A stretch of 64,000 nucleotides of DNA from contig CM075987.1 of NCBI GenBank assembly GCA_038087875.1, positions 18,974,001-19,038,000 of the forward strand, read 5' to 3'. Below are positions 61,923 through 64,000 of this stretch, in pieces. The notes under the pieces were generated by a model. It had not been told where the DNA came from. It saw only the letters and a list, made by a program, of their open reading frames with translations, and ran no database searches. Made by a program: the position numbers and the translations under genes. This DNA comes from Malacoraja senta. Lineage: Eukaryota. Within the stretch, counting starts at the first letter, position 1. Every line of letters starts with the position of its first letter.

Positions 61923-62935
61923 TTGTAATTCATAATATTTGGAAATCGATCAACCAACACAGAGAAAAAGCTCATGATAAATGGCACAGAAATAGAAAGA
62001 GTCTCTGAAATAAAATTTCTTGGAGTATTAATTGACAATAAATTAACTTGGAAATCTCACATAAATTATATTAAAGCCAAAACATCCAAATCAATTGCAA
62101 TACTGAATAAAGCCAGAGACCTACTAAATCAAGCCTCCCTGTATATGTTGTACTGCTCCCACATACTCCCATACATGATCTACTGTGTGGAGGTATGGGG
62201 GAACACATACAAAACAAATACACATCCAATCTTCATCCTCCAAAAAAGAGCAATACGAATTATACATAAAACCATCTACAGACAATCAACAAAACCATTA
62301 TTTATCAGACTAAAAACATTAAAATTTCAAGATCTGACAGATTATAAAACTATCCAAATTATGTTCAAAGCAGCAAATCAACAATTGCCTTGTAATATCC
62401 AGGGGTTGTTCCAACAGAGAGAAAGCAAACACAACCTGAGAGGAACCTATATATTCGAAAAAACGGCAATAAGAACTAATGCAAAACTCCATTGTGTTAC
62501 AGCAAAGGGTGTTAGTCTCTGGAATAACTGCCATGATGAGCTGAAAAAATGTAAGACTCTATTCAAACTAAAAACACTCTTCAGAAACAAAAGATTGAAT
62601 GGTTATGAGCTGGACCAGTGATTTTCTTTTCTGTTTGGTTATTTCTTGTTTGTGGACCGTTCAACAGATTTTGGGTCCATTTGTTTCCATTATTTTGTTT
62701 TTCCATGAAAATGTTTAGAAAATAAGAGGGGGTAGGACCAGATAAGTTTTCAAACTTCTTCTTACCCCTTTTGAACATGAACGATATTATTTGTATTATT
62801 TGAGTTACTTATTTGTTTGTTTTCCTTTGTGTTTTATTTTCTTTTTTATTGCTTATAAGTTTATTTGTGTTTGTATATTTTTTTTAACATGTTCAATAAA
62901 TTAATTTAAAAAAATAAAAAAAAAATAAAAAAAAC
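61923..62935 (+). mobile_element. L2-group (Crack/Daphne-like) LINE 3' end
   Basis: Open 215-aa ORF with KFLGVLIDNKLTWKSHI, LYCSHILPYMIYCVEVWG and LQKRAIRII; AATAAA and poly(A) at ~62895-62935. Confidence 0.82.
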
Positions 62936-64000
62936 AGGCGATGGCAGGAATATTATGGAAGGGGTATGCAAGTGACCACACAGCAGCCCACCTACAGATG
63001 GCCAGAGTTAATGAGAAATTCCCGTTCTCACCCACAATGAAAGGTGAACACGAGCCAATATTTATACGGAGAAGAGGCGAAAACAAATAGAAAATGATCA
63101 ATGGACATTGGGATATTCATTAAAACTTGACTGGTTGAGTTACTTCCAGTTAATCAATTTCCAATCGAACATAGCACAAGAACAGATCCCACGATGTCAG
63201 TGCCGAACATGATGCCAAGACTAACTCCCATCTGCCTGCACATAATCCATATCCCTTCGTTCCCTGTACATCCACATGCCTGTGTCATAATGTCGCAAGA
63301 AACTTTTCTGCCCCTTATTGGCCGAGCATCTCTCACACAGATGATTGAAGCTCTATTAAGGTCATAAGGTCAGAAGGCAGAGGATTAGAATTAGGCCATT
63401 CGACCCATCAAGTCTACTCCGCCATTCAATCACGGCTGATCTATCTCTCCCTCCTAACCCCATTCTTCTGCCTTCTCCCCACAACCTCCGACACCTGTAC
63501 AAATCAAAAATCTTTATTGAGCAGAGATTTCAGACAGAAACTGTGTTGAAGGTGAAGAGTTCACCAACCATTGGTTTTTACAACCCCATCTTATGGCTTT
63601 CCCAATATCGATCGATCGATCGATCAATAGAACATGGAATCCGAACCTTTGGCCCACCAAATCACTTTTTCACACTAGTTCCATGTTATCCCATTTTCGC
63701 ATCCACTCCCTACACGTTAGGAGCAAATTAGCAGCCAATTAACCTACAAACTCACATGTTTTTAAGAACATTTAACATAGAAAAGTACAGCACAGGAACA
63801 GGCCTTTCGGCCCTCCAACATTTGACATTTCCACGTTTGGAAAAAGGAACTGACCATCTACACTATCTATGCCTCATAATTTTTTAAGCTTCTGTCAAGG
63901 TCTCACCTTAGCCTTCAAATTGCAGAGAAGACAGTCTACATTTGTCCAAACATAAGTAACAATATTTTTTCCTTAGCATTCGTAACTCAACCAAGACAAT

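Overview
Eukaryotic, vertebrate genomic DNA. The repeat content (HER1/CR1-type LINEs, V-type SINEs, palindromic Penelope-like pieces) suggests a cartilaginous fish, probably a skate or ray; this is inference. The window holds the 3' part of one large minus-strand multi-exon gene of the CEP350/CCDC187 family. I traced about 20 GT-AG exons by hand from about 55.7 kb (possibly 57.7 kb) to a stop codon at 4552, giving roughly 1,800 codons; the 5' end probably lies beyond the window. The protein has the CEP350-type coiled-coil blocks and a DUF4378-like C-terminus. It is very diverged from CEP350 and carries only a decayed CAP-Gly domain, so it is most likely the paralog CCDC187 (CEP350-like). Introns are filled with retroelements (L1, CR1, Rex1/Babar-like, Crack/L2-like, SINEs) plus two non-autonomous Helitron-like elements and a TIR element. 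The most notable observations are the vestigial CAP-Gly domain, a reading-frame anomaly at exons 35.8/33.5 kb, a GC-rich non-coding retroposon family with two structurally conserved but sequence-variable hairpins, and near-identical inverted CR1 copies flanking two in-frame exons. No prokaryotic systems (CRISPR, operons) are present. All family assignments come from motif recognition from memory, not from database searches.
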